In this document: piece after piece, positions 10,101 through 18,550 of the stretch
How positions within the stretch are numbered: the stretch's first letter is position 1
Layout of the letters: each line of letters begins with the position of its first letter
Made by a program: the position numbers and the translations under genes
Notes under the pieces: model-generated
Databases searched by the model: none
Told to the model about the DNA's origin: nothing
Seen by the model: only the letters and a program-made list of their open reading frames with translations
Source: Nannocystales bacterium
GTDB taxonomy: Bacteria > Myxococcota_A > Polyangia > Nannocystales > Nannocystaceae
Assembly (NCBI GenBank): GCA_050633305.1
Contig: JBOEGF010000008.1
Location: forward strand, 32,001 to 96,000
Direction of reading: 5' to 3'
Length of the DNA stretch: 64,000 nucleotides

Positions 10101-11040
10101 TCTCGGGGTCGCGCACGAGCAAGTCCATGCAAAGCGCCTCCAGATCGTCGGGAACCCCTGGGTTGAGTTCGCTCGGCCTGGGTGGCACGGCGTCCTTCTT
10201 CGCAGCGAGCAACGCGAGGATGCCCATGCCCCCATACGGCGGCCGTCCGGTGAGCGCCTGAAACAGCATCTCGCCGACCGTGTACCAATCGCTCGAACGT
10301 CCGATCGGGTCACCCGCCGCCTGCTCGGGTGACATGAACAGCGGCGTCCCCAACACGGCACCATCGGCAGTCACACCAACACCCAACGAGGAGTCGATGT
10401 CGCGGACGAGGCCAAAGTCCAAGATGACGATCCGGCCGCCCTTCTCGACCATCACGTTGGAGGGCTTGAGATCGCGATGTAGAAACCCAGCATCGTGAAT
10501 CGCTTGCACGCCCTCGGCGAGCTGACGCATCGCGTCTCGGAGCTTGTCGAAATCCCTCGCGGGTTCGTGAATGGTCCGCGCGCCGTCGCGGGCGGGGCCG
10601 CACACGTACTCCACGAAGCTATCGCCACGGATCAGCTCCATCGAGAAGAACAAGCGGTTCCCCTGGAACGTGAGCTCGTGCAGCTGGATGACGTTGCGAT
10701 GACGAACGTCGGCCAGCGCCCGGAACTCCCGCTTGAATCGCACCAGCCCATCGGGGCTCATCCCCAGGACTGCCTTGACCGCGACCGAGGCTGCTCCGGG
10801 TTCGGGCGGCTCTCCCTCGAACACTTCCCCAACCGCACCGCGGCCGAGACGCCCGACGATCGTGTATCGACCCAAGCGCTCGGGCAGCGCGTTCTCGTCT
10901 TCCTCTTCCAGGGGTTTACGATCCTGCAGAACGTTGGTCTCTGTCCTCGTCCCGACGGCGCGGCCCTTCCCACGTTGCGTGCGTTTGTCGCCTGCCAACT
11001 TGCCCCCCCGAAGGTTCGCGCGTTTCCCCGAACCGGGCAA
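7198..11040 (-). CDS. Ser/Thr kinase fused to an AAA/STAND ATPase and a helical TPR-like region
   Basis: GRGAVG, VAVK, HRDLKPSN, DFG, GTP.FMSPE; Walker A GVSGIGKS and Walker B IDDLQW. Start codon uncertain. Confidence 0.93.
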   Translation of the reverse strand: MPGSGKRANLRGGKLAGDKRTQRGKGRAVGTRTETNVLQDRKPLEEEDENALPERLGRYTIVGRLGRGAVGEVFEGEPPEPGAASVAVKAVLGMSPDGLVRFKREFRALADVRHRNVIQLHELTFQGNRLFFSMELIRGDSFVEYVCGPARDGARTIHEPARDFDKLRDAMRQLAEGVQAIHDAGFLHRDLKPSNVMVEKGGRIVILDFGLVRDIDSSLGVGVTADGAVLGTPLFMSPEQAAGDPIGRSSDWYTVGEMLFQALTGRPPYGGMGILALLAAKKDAVPPRPSELNPGVPDDLEALCMDLLVRDPEMRPDGPAILERLGSDATVPPVEDGSGDLFLGRDDEFSKLQVAYEATRAGRPVVVMVEGVSGIGKSALVQRFLGRATREGAVVLGGKCSERESIPYKALDSAIDTLTGVLRSMETAAEVKAVLPRNVGAITRLFPVLLSVPAIALAPIHRQVDMMPHEARRRGIEALRELLGRIADARPLIVYIDDLQWSDLDSLVVLETLLRDVDAPPLMLVCSFREGAPEKVSILGQFIADLHAVEPALDVRALRVGPMSIEDATGLALRLLGQGQTHAQTLAETVARESEGSPFFVAQLVRHAMRREATADRDSATDVSLDDVIRARLRLLSPTARRLLAVIAVSGGKLPLGVAMHVATDGGLNSSSLVVLAEVRSESLVRTNGHAEHDPVEINHDRIRETVLRDLGSGERAGLHLAIGHALVETDHADAADLSHHFREAGETELAALHTVRAADEAAEALAFDRAAELYEAALALGVPDEQRAGLQERLGRALASAGRQYDAAQVLLEAAQDPSAEAHAALLQSAAELLLTSGHSTEGREVLRRVLAAFSMRLPKTRGRALASLLANRAALGVRGLNATVKPPEELDATTVGKLDACWTAARGLVYTDGLVAADFHARHLRLALKSGDGIRISRALGFEAHLLASLKAESGRMRCFELVDQASTLAEDADSEYARGMASQARGHVHLMFGDWAQSRTHLDEAVETFRERCTGAAQEIGYCEIHAALCEQLMGHIRVLAPRAQKLLRESTQRTHPYSQGYARGMLGHVIYLADGRIEEAREQLELYRDELPVGFQAHILNFVDTMSALLRYEGKIDDAWALQSERRKEIESFDMMRAPFPKGAYLWALTQNTLAMARRSAEPGTLLASAERSSRGLTKLGLRHAQGFGYLGTALVCHARGDQDGVVANARIALERFEAGGMELYAALTQQLLAGAVGGSEGDTLRVSAAAYTEREEIQAPEKLFEMLAPGTAESV

Positions 11041-11074
11041 GCTGTGGAGCCGCTTTCACAGGTCCGTTTCGGGT

Positions 11075-12211
11075 TCACTCGGAGATGGCGGTCAGGTAGG
11101 CCGCCACGTCGTGACTGGTCGGCTCCAAGGATTTCTTTCCGTCGAGCCGGTGCCGAAGGGTTGAAATCGCCTCGTAGACCGACTTGCGAACGCGGTTGAT
11201 CCCGCCGATCGGGCGGTGCTCGATTCGCGTCTGCCAGGGGTTGAACGACAGGAACTCGCACATCTGGCGCCGCTCGTCGGTGTCGAAAGACTGCTCGGGA
11301 ATCTCGACCCGGGCGACCGTACGGTACGGAGAAATGCTCGTCGGCCAGGGCACGGTGGGGTCTTCCACGGGCATCTGGTTGGGATCGAGCTGGAGCTGGA
11401 CCTGCAGCTCGAAACACGCGCCTTCCGCCGCCATGTCGCGCACGAGTTGCGTTCGCAAGTAGTTCTTCCCCAGCTTCCGGCGCCTACGCCGGTCCGGCTC
11501 ACACGGCATCGCACCGTACTTCACCGCCATCCCGTCCCCAAAAAGGTACGGGGTCATCGAAAAATAATCCGGCTGCCGGGGCGAGACGACTCGCTGCATC
11601 GCGAGTTTTTCCGCCGAGCTCAGCTCGGGGCGGTAGCTCTTCCCCTCGTGAAAGAAGAACCGCAGGGGGTGGCCGATCGTGCTGTCTCGGGTGAACTCGA
11701 CGTAGTCCGCCGCGTTCTTCACGACGAACTGCGGGTAGTTGATGAGGATGATGTCCTGCGAGGTCTCGTCCTCGTGACCCGGAAGCGCCTTCGTGCCGGG
11801 CACGTTCATCATCTTGATCGCCATGCCGCGCCCGTCGGGAATTCGGTCGCGCTGGAACTTGTCCGACGAGTTCGAAAAACGAATCCAGGCGTCGAAGCTC
11901 GCGGGCGTCGAGAACAATCCCACCGCGAGCTCCGAGGGAAGATCGTCCTCGATGGTCACGGACGCGGTCAGGCAACCGTGGGGCTTCACATGCGCGTCAC
12001 GATGCGCGGTCCCGGTTTTTTCGTACCCCTTCTTCACGAACTCGAGCAACAGAGCCTCGCTGGCGGCGATGTCCTTGCCCTCGTTCGGCGGCACCCACTC
12101 CTCCCCCGCCTTCATGTTCACCGGCCACGGGTTGGGCTCGGCGGGGTCGTGTCTGCCCTTGCAACCGGCCACACTCAGCGCGACCGCCATCGCGACGAAG
12201 AAGCGCTTCAT
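11075..12211 (-). CDS. Catalase-related heme protein, predicted lipoprotein
   Basis: Signal MKRFF...VAGC. RDAHVKPHG distal His, RFSN, DGRGMAIK, FNPW...HRPIG.INR.RK.VY proximal Tyr. Confidence 0.85.
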   Translation of the reverse strand: MKRFFVAMAVALSVAGCKGRHDPAEPNPWPVNMKAGEEWVPPNEGKDIAASEALLLEFVKKGYEKTGTAHRDAHVKPHGCLTASVTIEDDLPSELAVGLFSTPASFDAWIRFSNSSDKFQRDRIPDGRGMAIKMMNVPGTKALPGHEDETSQDIILINYPQFVVKNAADYVEFTRDSTIGHPLRFFFHEGKSYRPELSSAEKLAMQRVVSPRQPDYFSMTPYLFGDGMAVKYGAMPCEPDRRRRRKLGKNYLRTQLVRDMAAEGACFELQVQLQLDPNQMPVEDPTVPWPTSISPYRTVARVEIPEQSFDTDERRQMCEFLSFNPWQTRIEHRPIGGINRVRKSVYEAISTLRHRLDGKKSLEPTSHDVAAYLTAISE

Positions 12212-13575
12212 GCGGGTCCCTGCGCAAGCTCTGCGAGCGAGGACAGGCTCGGCACAAAGAAGTACGCGCCGCCCCGTGTTTCAACGAACCTCGGCAGGTC
12301 CCAGCAGAACGAAGGCTTGCTCGCCCCCTGGATGAGCAGCTTCCCGGTGCCATCGTGGTTGCCCACCAGAGGGTCCTTATCGGCCTCGATGGAGAGCGCT
12401 CGCGACGAGATCGACGCGTTCATCCAGTTGCGCTGGACGTACTCGAACTGGTTTTCGATGTCCGTGTTGATCACCCCGAACATCACCCCGCGGTCGGTGT
12501 CATCGGTCGTGCCCTCGGGAAGCCACGGACCATACGGGAGCGCCCGGCGAATGATCCGGTGGCTCCGGACCTGAATCGCGGTCGGCCCCGTAGGATCGTC
12601 TCGCGGGTTGGCCCGGCGGATGTGCGCACCGAAAGGACACGCGTGCCCCTTGTCATCGCCTGTGTAGTGAAAGTCGTTGTTGCGGCTTGGGTCGCCCGCA
12701 AGACCGGGGTCGTCCTTCGTCTTCGCAAGAACCAAGGGCGCTCCACTGCGCCACCGACCGACCATCTTCGCGGCCAAGAGTTCCTCGGACAGACCGCTGA
12801 CCTCAGCGCTGGAAGCCAGGTACTCCCGAAACGACGCCACGTTCTCGGCCAGCTTGCGAAGCGCAAAGTAGCTGCCGTCCTTCTGGAATGCGTGGACACT
12901 TCGGGGCAGGCTTCCGGGCTCCAGCGGATAGCCGAGCACGAACTCGCCTGCCTGGACCGGTGCCCACTTGCCGTCCTTCTCTGGCACCCCCTCCCCTTTC
13001 CAGGGCTTCAGGCCGCTGCCATCGACGAACGGCTGGCCGATGCCATCGACGTAGCCGAAGTGTTCCGTCCCCGCCGGTTTGTCTGGGAGATGCGCAGCGT
13101 CGTCCCGCCCCACACGAACAAGAGCATCTCCGAGCGAATCCTCGACCTGGCGAATGCCCGCTTCGATGCTCGTGCGATCGGCTCCCGCAATCGACACCAA
13201 GATGTCCACATCGGCTTTGCCCAGTCCTCCGGTCCATCGCGCGGGCGCACTGCGCCCATCGTCGCCGAGACGGTCAGCCCGAGCCCCCATCCCGTCGGAG
13301 AACGGCCTCGGCCACTGCACGTCGTCGGGAACCGCGAGCTTCGCCAGCCCACCATGGGTAAAGGCCACGGCCAGTACGAAGGGTCCTTGCCCCGCGTCGA
13401 ACCGAGCACAACTCGTGACCGAAGGAAGAAGCTTGGCCAGCCACGCCTGTGCACCTGCGACATCCGCGATGCGGAGGTACGCGTAGTGCTGATACGGATG
13501 CGCTTCGAGCACGCGGTAGCCGCGAAGCACGATGCTCTGGACGTTGTCCAACGCGATGGAGGTGGTCATGTTCAT
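12208..13575 (-). CDS. Dye-decolorizing (DyP-type) peroxidase
   Basis: EHFGYVDGIGQP (GxxDG), KMVGRW, AHIRRANPRD proximal His, IIRRALPYG, FE.VQ..W. Confidence 0.92.
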   Translation of the reverse strand: MNMTTSIALDNVQSIVLRGYRVLEAHPYQHYAYLRIADVAGAQAWLAKLLPSVTSCARFDAGQGPFVLAVAFTHGGLAKLAVPDDVQWPRPFSDGMGARADRLGDDGRSAPARWTGGLGKADVDILVSIAGADRTSIEAGIRQVEDSLGDALVRVGRDDAAHLPDKPAGTEHFGYVDGIGQPFVDGSGLKPWKGEGVPEKDGKWAPVQAGEFVLGYPLEPGSLPRSVHAFQKDGSYFALRKLAENVASFREYLASSAEVSGLSEELLAAKMVGRWRSGAPLVLAKTKDDPGLAGDPSRNNDFHYTGDDKGHACPFGAHIRRANPRDDPTGPTAIQVRSHRIIRRALPYGPWLPEGTTDDTDRGVMFGVINTDIENQFEYVQRNWMNASISSRALSIEADKDPLVGNHDGTGKLLIQGASKPSFCWDLPRFVETRGGAYFFVPSLSSLAELAQGPA

Positions 13576-14738
13576 GCCAGCAAGCTCTGGTTGCGGTGAA
13601 TGAATCGTTCGACATGCTTCACGAGTCGCTCACCGCCCGAAGGAGCCTCCCTCGTGAACCAGATGAGCTTCTTGCCCAGCGCGAGAGACTTCTGGATCTC
13701 CTTCACCGTCTGATTCGAGTACGACATGTAGAAGTAGTCCCTGGGCAGTCGGCGGTCCTCGAGGAACTTCGCCAGCGCAGGCGCGTCTGCAGCTCCACCT
13801 GCCGGATACCCGATGGCGCCCCCCCACACGAGATCCAGTTTCTTCGGGATGTGCACCGCGAAGTCGCTGATGTACTGCTCCCACTCGCCGTCGTAGACGG
13901 ACTCGAACAGGATCTTCGTGCGCGTGATCTTGGCGAACCTCGCGTAGTGCACCGTCGGGATCTGGCGCAGCGGGTGGATGTTGAGGTGGTCGAGGAACCA
14001 CTCTCCATCCTTGAGCGTCTTGTCCAACCGCTTCACCCAATCCTCGTGGAGGTCGAACACCATCGTGAACGGGTTCTGTCGGTCGGGCGCACTCAGCTGA
14101 GCGGCCGTGAGTTCGTCCGCGGCGTCCTCGCTGTGCGTGTCGATGCGAGCACGGTTGGTCTCCAGGAACGCGGTGTATGACGCCCCGGCTGTATCCGGAT
14201 GACGTTGGACCGCCTTGACGAACTCGAGAAACTCGAGGCGAAGCGGGGTCGCCTCTCGCACAGCTGGTTCACTCGCGCGGTCGAATGCCGAGTACAGCAT
14301 CAGCGTGGGTGACTCGTGCAACTTCAGGAACGTCCGCATCGCGGCGGTGTCCGCGGCACCGCCGTTGGGGTACCCCTCGGTCAGCCGCAACACTGGGTCG
14401 AGCCGCGTTGCGTTCTCGGCCATGAGATTGAGCAAGGCGTTGAGGTCCGCATCGAACACGGCGGAGACCAGCAACGTCGTGTCATCGAGCGGGAGCATGC
14501 GCAGGTAGTGAACTTCCCCGACGGGGTGTTCGAACACATGCTTCTCGAGCTGGGCATGGAGGGCGGCCTTCTGCCCCGACTTGATCGGCAGCAACACCGC
14601 GATCGTCTCCGGGACGACCTTCTCCCCGATGTCCGGGGGAATGACCGGAGGACGCGGTTTGCAAGCCAGCAGGGCAGACGACGCGGCACCCAGACACAGT
14701 GTGCGTCGCCTCAGATGGAGGCGGTCGGAGGCTCCCAC
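13572..14738 (-). CDS. Hypothetical Tat-type lipoprotein with two repeats of an uncharacterised domain
   Basis: RRRTL...LLAC signal. Two VHY.R...(F/Y)D...GYP.GGAAD units. Stop overlaps the DyP start. Start uncertain. Confidence 0.75.
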   Translation of the reverse strand: MGASDRLHLRRRTLCLGAASSALLACKPRPPVIPPDIGEKVVPETIAVLLPIKSGQKAALHAQLEKHVFEHPVGEVHYLRMLPLDDTTLLVSAVFDADLNALLNLMAENATRLDPVLRLTEGYPNGGAADTAAMRTFLKLHESPTLMLYSAFDRASEPAVREATPLRLEFLEFVKAVQRHPDTAGASYTAFLETNRARIDTHSEDAADELTAAQLSAPDRQNPFTMVFDLHEDWVKRLDKTLKDGEWFLDHLNIHPLRQIPTVHYARFAKITRTKILFESVYDGEWEQYISDFAVHIPKKLDLVWGGAIGYPAGGAADAPALAKFLEDRRLPRDYFYMSYSNQTVKEIQKSLALGKKLIWFTREAPSGGERLVKHVERFIHRNQSLLA

Positions 14739-14866
14739 AGGCGCGCAGCGTATCACCGGCCCGTCGAGAGGTCCCCGACTCCAAAACTGCACTCGGTGTA
14801 TCGAAAATGACCGAGGCATCGCTCTTTGCGTTCCCCCGCACGACCGCGAGACACTGCACACTCGGC

Positions 14867-15619
14867 ATGAAGACGACGCGTAGGACACTTCTCGGCCACG
14901 CCACCGCGGCGCCTCTTGGACTCCTCCTGCCGAGCAGTACCCTCGCCTGCGCAACCGGTTCCGCAGCCAGCACAGCCCCACCGAGGTCGTCCGCCGCCCC
15001 TGCCTCGCCGACGACTCCGGTCGTGCCCACGCCCCTTCCTTTCGATCCCACGCGCTTACCGGGCCTCTCGGAGCGACTCCTGCGCTCGCACCATGAGAAC
15101 AACTACACCGGCGCGGTCAAGAAGCTCAACACGGCCCGGGCCCAGTTGCAGACCCTCCCCGCCGACGCTCCCGGGTTCGTCTTGGGCGGGTTGGCGAAGA
15201 GCGAGTTGGCCTTCAACCACTCCGTCACGCTGCACGAGCTCTACTTCGGGAACTTGACGGGTGGCGGCTCCAAGGGCTCTGCCACCCGCGGGCTCTTGGC
15301 AGATCACTTCGGCGGCGACGCGGCCTGGGAAGCCCGGTTTCGCGCCCTCGGCCAGAGTCTAGGAGGAGGGAGCGGCTGGGCGATCCTAGAGTTCGACCTG
15401 AGGCTGGGAGTCCCACGCATGTACGTCGCGGGCGACCACAGCCAGGGCCTGTCCACAGGCATCCCCCTGCTCGTCCTGGACATGTACGAGCACAGCTACC
15501 ACATGGACTACGGCACAGCAGCCGCCCGCTACATCGACGCTTTCTTCGCGAACGTACACTGGGAAGAAGTCGACCGACGCACCGAACAAGCCCGACAGGT
15601 CGCCACCTTGCTGGGTTGA
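14867..15619 (+). CDS. Fe/Mn superoxide dismutase (ChrC-like) with twin-arginine leader
   Basis: MKTTRRTLLG leader. HHENNY, HELYF and DMYEHSY metal-ligand motifs. Confidence 0.92.
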   Translation: MKTTRRTLLGHATAAPLGLLLPSSTLACATGSAASTAPPRSSAAPASPTTPVVPTPLPFDPTRLPGLSERLLRSHHENNYTGAVKKLNTARAQLQTLPADAPGFVLGGLAKSELAFNHSVTLHELYFGNLTGGGSKGSATRGLLADHFGGDAAWEARFRALGQSLGGGSGWAILEFDLRLGVPRMYVAGDHSQGLSTGIPLLVLDMYEHSYHMDYGTAAARYIDAFFANVHWEEVDRRTEQARQVATLLG

Positions 15620-15631
15620 CCCCTCATCGCC

Positions 15632-16588
15632 ATGTCCGACCCCATCCCCGTCACCGTCGTCACCGGTTTTCTAGGCGCCGGAAAGTCCACCCTGCTCGAC
15701 CAGTGGTTGCGCGAGCTTCCGCCCAAGAGCACCGCCGTCTTGATCAACGAACAGGGCCGCATCGGAATCGACGGGGAGCTCCTCGCGGAGCGGGTCTCCC
15801 GGATCCGCGAGATCACGGGGGGTTGCATCTGCTGCCAAGCCCAAGCCGAGCTCGATGCCGCGCTCGCCGAGTTTGCAGCGTCAACACCTCGCCCGACCCG
15901 CATCCTCGTCGAAACGTCGGGCGCCGCATCTCCGGCCGGAGTCATTCGTGCGCTCACCTGGGGCTCGGCCCGGGAGTCTCTGCGGCTGGACGGCGTCGTG
16001 ACGGTCCTCGATGCATCGACCGCAGACAAGATGCTGGCGTTCGACCTCACCGTCGAGCAGCTTGGGTTCGCGGACGTCGTCGTTCTTTCACACGCCGATG
16101 CGTGTCGCGATGTAGAGCTCGCGGCCCTCGAGAGCACGCTGGGCGGCTACGCGCCGGGGGCCGCATTCGCACGCGGTCGGCACGGACGACTCGAAGGCGA
16201 AGACCACGGCACCCTGCTCGCCCTGCTCGAGACTCGCTCCGGGGTCTTACGCGCTGTCCCCTCGGCATCGGGCACCGCCGACCGCCACGGCATCGATGCC
16301 GTCTCCCTCAGCTTCGACGGCGAACTCGACGGCGAACGATTCTCGGACTGGGTTGAAGCCGCGCTGGGCTCGGTACAGGCGAGAATCCTCCGGGTCAAAG
16401 GCATCCTCGCGGTCGAAGGCCTCGACGAGCGCGTGATCGTGCAGGGTGTGAGCGAGGCCGTCGAGGTCACACTCGGGCCGGTGTGGGAGGATGGTCCCCG
16501 TACCAGCCGCTTGGTCGTCCTCGGCCTCGAACTCGAGGAAGAAACACTCCGCGAGGGGTTCGACGCGTGCACGATTCCGCGGACATGA
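15632..16588 (+). CDS. COG0523/CobW-family GTPase metallochaperone
   Basis: GFLGAGKST, GCICC, VETSG, C-terminal LRVKG...QGV and LVVLG. Confidence 0.92.
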   Translation: MSDPIPVTVVTGFLGAGKSTLLDQWLRELPPKSTAVLINEQGRIGIDGELLAERVSRIREITGGCICCQAQAELDAALAEFAASTPRPTRILVETSGAASPAGVIRALTWGSARESLRLDGVVTVLDASTADKMLAFDLTVEQLGFADVVVLSHADACRDVELAALESTLGGYAPGAAFARGRHGRLEGEDHGTLLALLETRSGVLRAVPSASGTADRHGIDAVSLSFDGELDGERFSDWVEAALGSVQARILRVKGILAVEGLDERVIVQGVSEAVEVTLGPVWEDGPRTSRLVVLGLELEEETLREGFDACTIPRT

Positions 16589-16655
16589 GGGCGAGCGTTC
16601 TCATCGTCGGAGGAGGCGTGTGTGGTCAAACCCAGCGCCCGGACGACCCCGGCCC

Positions 16656-17402
16656 TCAGGCAGAGGCCGGCATCTGAATGATGCCGAACGTCAAGCCTGC
16701 GGGGTCCTGAGCGATTGCCATGCGGCCCACGCCCTCGGCATCCCAGGCGGGCGCGACGACCTTGCCCCCCTGCTTCTCGATCGACGAAGCGATCGAGTCC
16801 ACCGACTCCACATTCACCCACGCGAGCCACATCGAGGGCGCGTGCTCGTTCATCCCCGTCATCGCGCCAGCCCGGGTGCCCGTCTCCGGCGAGAGCATCA
16901 CGTACTTGCCCATGGGCATGTCCCGAGTCTGCTGCGCGAAGCCAAGACCATCCAAAGCCTTGAGGTCGGCATCGAGGTCCTTGGAGTGCAGGTCGACCCA
17001 ACAGATGTGGCCAAGATCGGCCGGGTTGTCCGTATCGTCCGCGTTCGCCTCGCGGTAGAGGCTGAAATGCGCCCCGCTGGGCATTTTCACCGTCGAGAAA
17101 CGTCCGGGCGGAATGTCGGTCGGGGGTACCAGAACCTCCCCGCCGTGCTTGGTCAGCGTGGCGACCGCGGCGTCGACGTCTTCGACCCGCAGGTAGTTGT
17201 TCCACCACGTCGGCTCTCCCTCTTCGGGTTGACGCAGGTGCGCGAACTGCTTGCCCTCGTGCGCAAGCATGGTCATCGGCCCGTCACCCATGTCGACCTC
17301 TTCGCGCGTCCATCCGAAAACGCCGGTCAGGAATCCAGCCGACTTCGATGCGTCGGGGGTTACGAGGCCGTTCCAGCAGAAGGTGTTGTTGCTCAGTGCC
17401 AT
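16656..17402 (-). CDS. VOC/glyoxalase-family protein (two domains)
   Basis: FCW..L.TPD, YLRVEDVD, GR.A...DPAG repeats. ATG at 17402. Confidence 0.9.
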   Translation of the reverse strand: MALSNNTFCWNGLVTPDASKSAGFLTGVFGWTREEVDMGDGPMTMLAHEGKQFAHLRQPEEGEPTWWNNYLRVEDVDAAVATLTKHGGEVLVPPTDIPPGRFSTVKMPSGAHFSLYREANADDTDNPADLGHICWVDLHSKDLDADLKALDGLGFAQQTRDMPMGKYVMLSPETGTRAGAMTGMNEHAPSMWLAWVNVESVDSIASSIEKQGGKVVAPAWDAEGVGRMAIAQDPAGLTFGIIQMPASA

Positions 17403-17413
17403 ATCGACCCCAG

Positions 17414-17440
17414 GACGAACGGGCTCGGGGGGAATCGACA
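17414..17440 (-). promoter_or_regulatory. ECF42-like promoter (TGTCGA-N17-CGTC) upstream of the VOC gene
   Basis: Minus strand reads TGTCGA ttccccccgagcccgtt CGTC, 11 nt before the ATG. Confidence 0.55.
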
Positions 17441-17607
17441 GCGGCCGATTCTTTTTTTTGTAGAAACTCGTCGCGGAGGATGCGGGTTTCACGCTCCGCC
17501 CGAGAATCCCGGCTCTCTCGCTCCATTCACGAACGCATGAGCCTGCCTCGGATCCGGGCGTTTCCGGTCCCGAACGGCGGGGCTACACCCAAAGCGGAGG
17601 TTCACAC

Positions 17608-18306
17608 ATGAAGATCTGCATCATCGGCGCATCCGGGAAACTCGGCCAGTACATGATCCAACACGCGCTCGACCGCGGGGACGAGGTCGTGGGGGTCTGC
17701 CGGACCCAAAGTGTGTCGAAGCTCGACCGGTTTGCCGACCGAATCACCATCGTGCCCGGACAAACCGACGACGCCGAGGTGATCCGCGCGGCGGTGCAGG
17801 GCTGCCAAGGCGTCCTCACCGTGCTGGTGCCCTGGGGCATGAAGGGTTACGCGTCGGGAACCGCACAGGCCGTGCTCGACCATGCGGAGCCCGGGGCTCG
17901 CCTGGTGTTCTCGTGTGGGTGGCACATCACGAAGGACGGCCAGGACGTGTACTCGACCAAGCTCAAGGCCCTGGTGAAAGTGGGCGGATTCTTCGCCCGC
18001 CTCGCACGTGTTGTGGACCTCGATGACCAAGTCCGCGCCTGCGACAGGATTTTCGCGAGCGACGCTCGCTGGACCGTCGTCCGCGGCAGCGACCTCGACG
18101 AAGGTCCTAGCGAGGGCGTTCCGGTGTGGAGTCGCCACGTGGGCGACGACATCCTCGAAAGCAACCGCACCCGACGGACCGACTTCGCGCTCTTCATGGT
18201 CGAGGCGCTGACCAACGACACGCTGATCCGCGAGGCCCCTGCGATCGTCAGTCGAGCCAGCGCTTCTGCACAGCGACACATGAGCGACCGACGCGAGCTC
18301 CGGTGA
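17608..18306 (+). CDS. NAD(P)H-binding Rossmann protein (flavin reductase/epimerase-like)
   Basis: IIGASGKLG, WTVVRG, RRTDFA. SD GGAGG upstream. Confidence 0.88.
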   Translation: MKICIIGASGKLGQYMIQHALDRGDEVVGVCRTQSVSKLDRFADRITIVPGQTDDAEVIRAAVQGCQGVLTVLVPWGMKGYASGTAQAVLDHAEPGARLVFSCGWHITKDGQDVYSTKLKALVKVGGFFARLARVVDLDDQVRACDRIFASDARWTVVRGSDLDEGPSEGVPVWSRHVGDDILESNRTRRTDFALFMVEALTNDTLIREAPAIVSRASASAQRHMSDRRELR

Positions 18307-18550
18307 CGCCACCCAACGACGACAGCCAACGCAGAAAAACACCTCCAAGAGTCAGGGTGTCCCGGGGGAACAGGGAGCGATTTCAGGCACCCGCGCTCGC
18401 GTCGCGGTGAACAACGTGTCCTTTGAAGCCCATTGGCGTGGGCTTCAAAGGAAGCGGGGCAGTCTGCCCCCGAACCAGCTCGCCCGCACCGCAACCGGTT
18501 GCAGCATTTGCGCGACCAGTCTTCCGAAACCGGCCTACGGTGCCATTGGA

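Noticed and set aside
6874..10332. 1152-aa plus-strand ORF
   Set aside because: Antisense shadow of the kinase-ATPase gene in GC-rich DNA; no motifs.
12208..12270. Encapsulin targeting peptide on the DyP
   Set aside because: The C-terminus (LSSLAELAQGPA) lacks an L.IGSL-type motif, and no encapsulin gene is present.
18491..18502. Palindrome GCAACCGGTTGC (LacI-like or sigma54-like) before the ODP operon
   Set aside because: Lacks the -24 GG for sigma54, no LacI gene is nearby, and it may lie inside the CDS.
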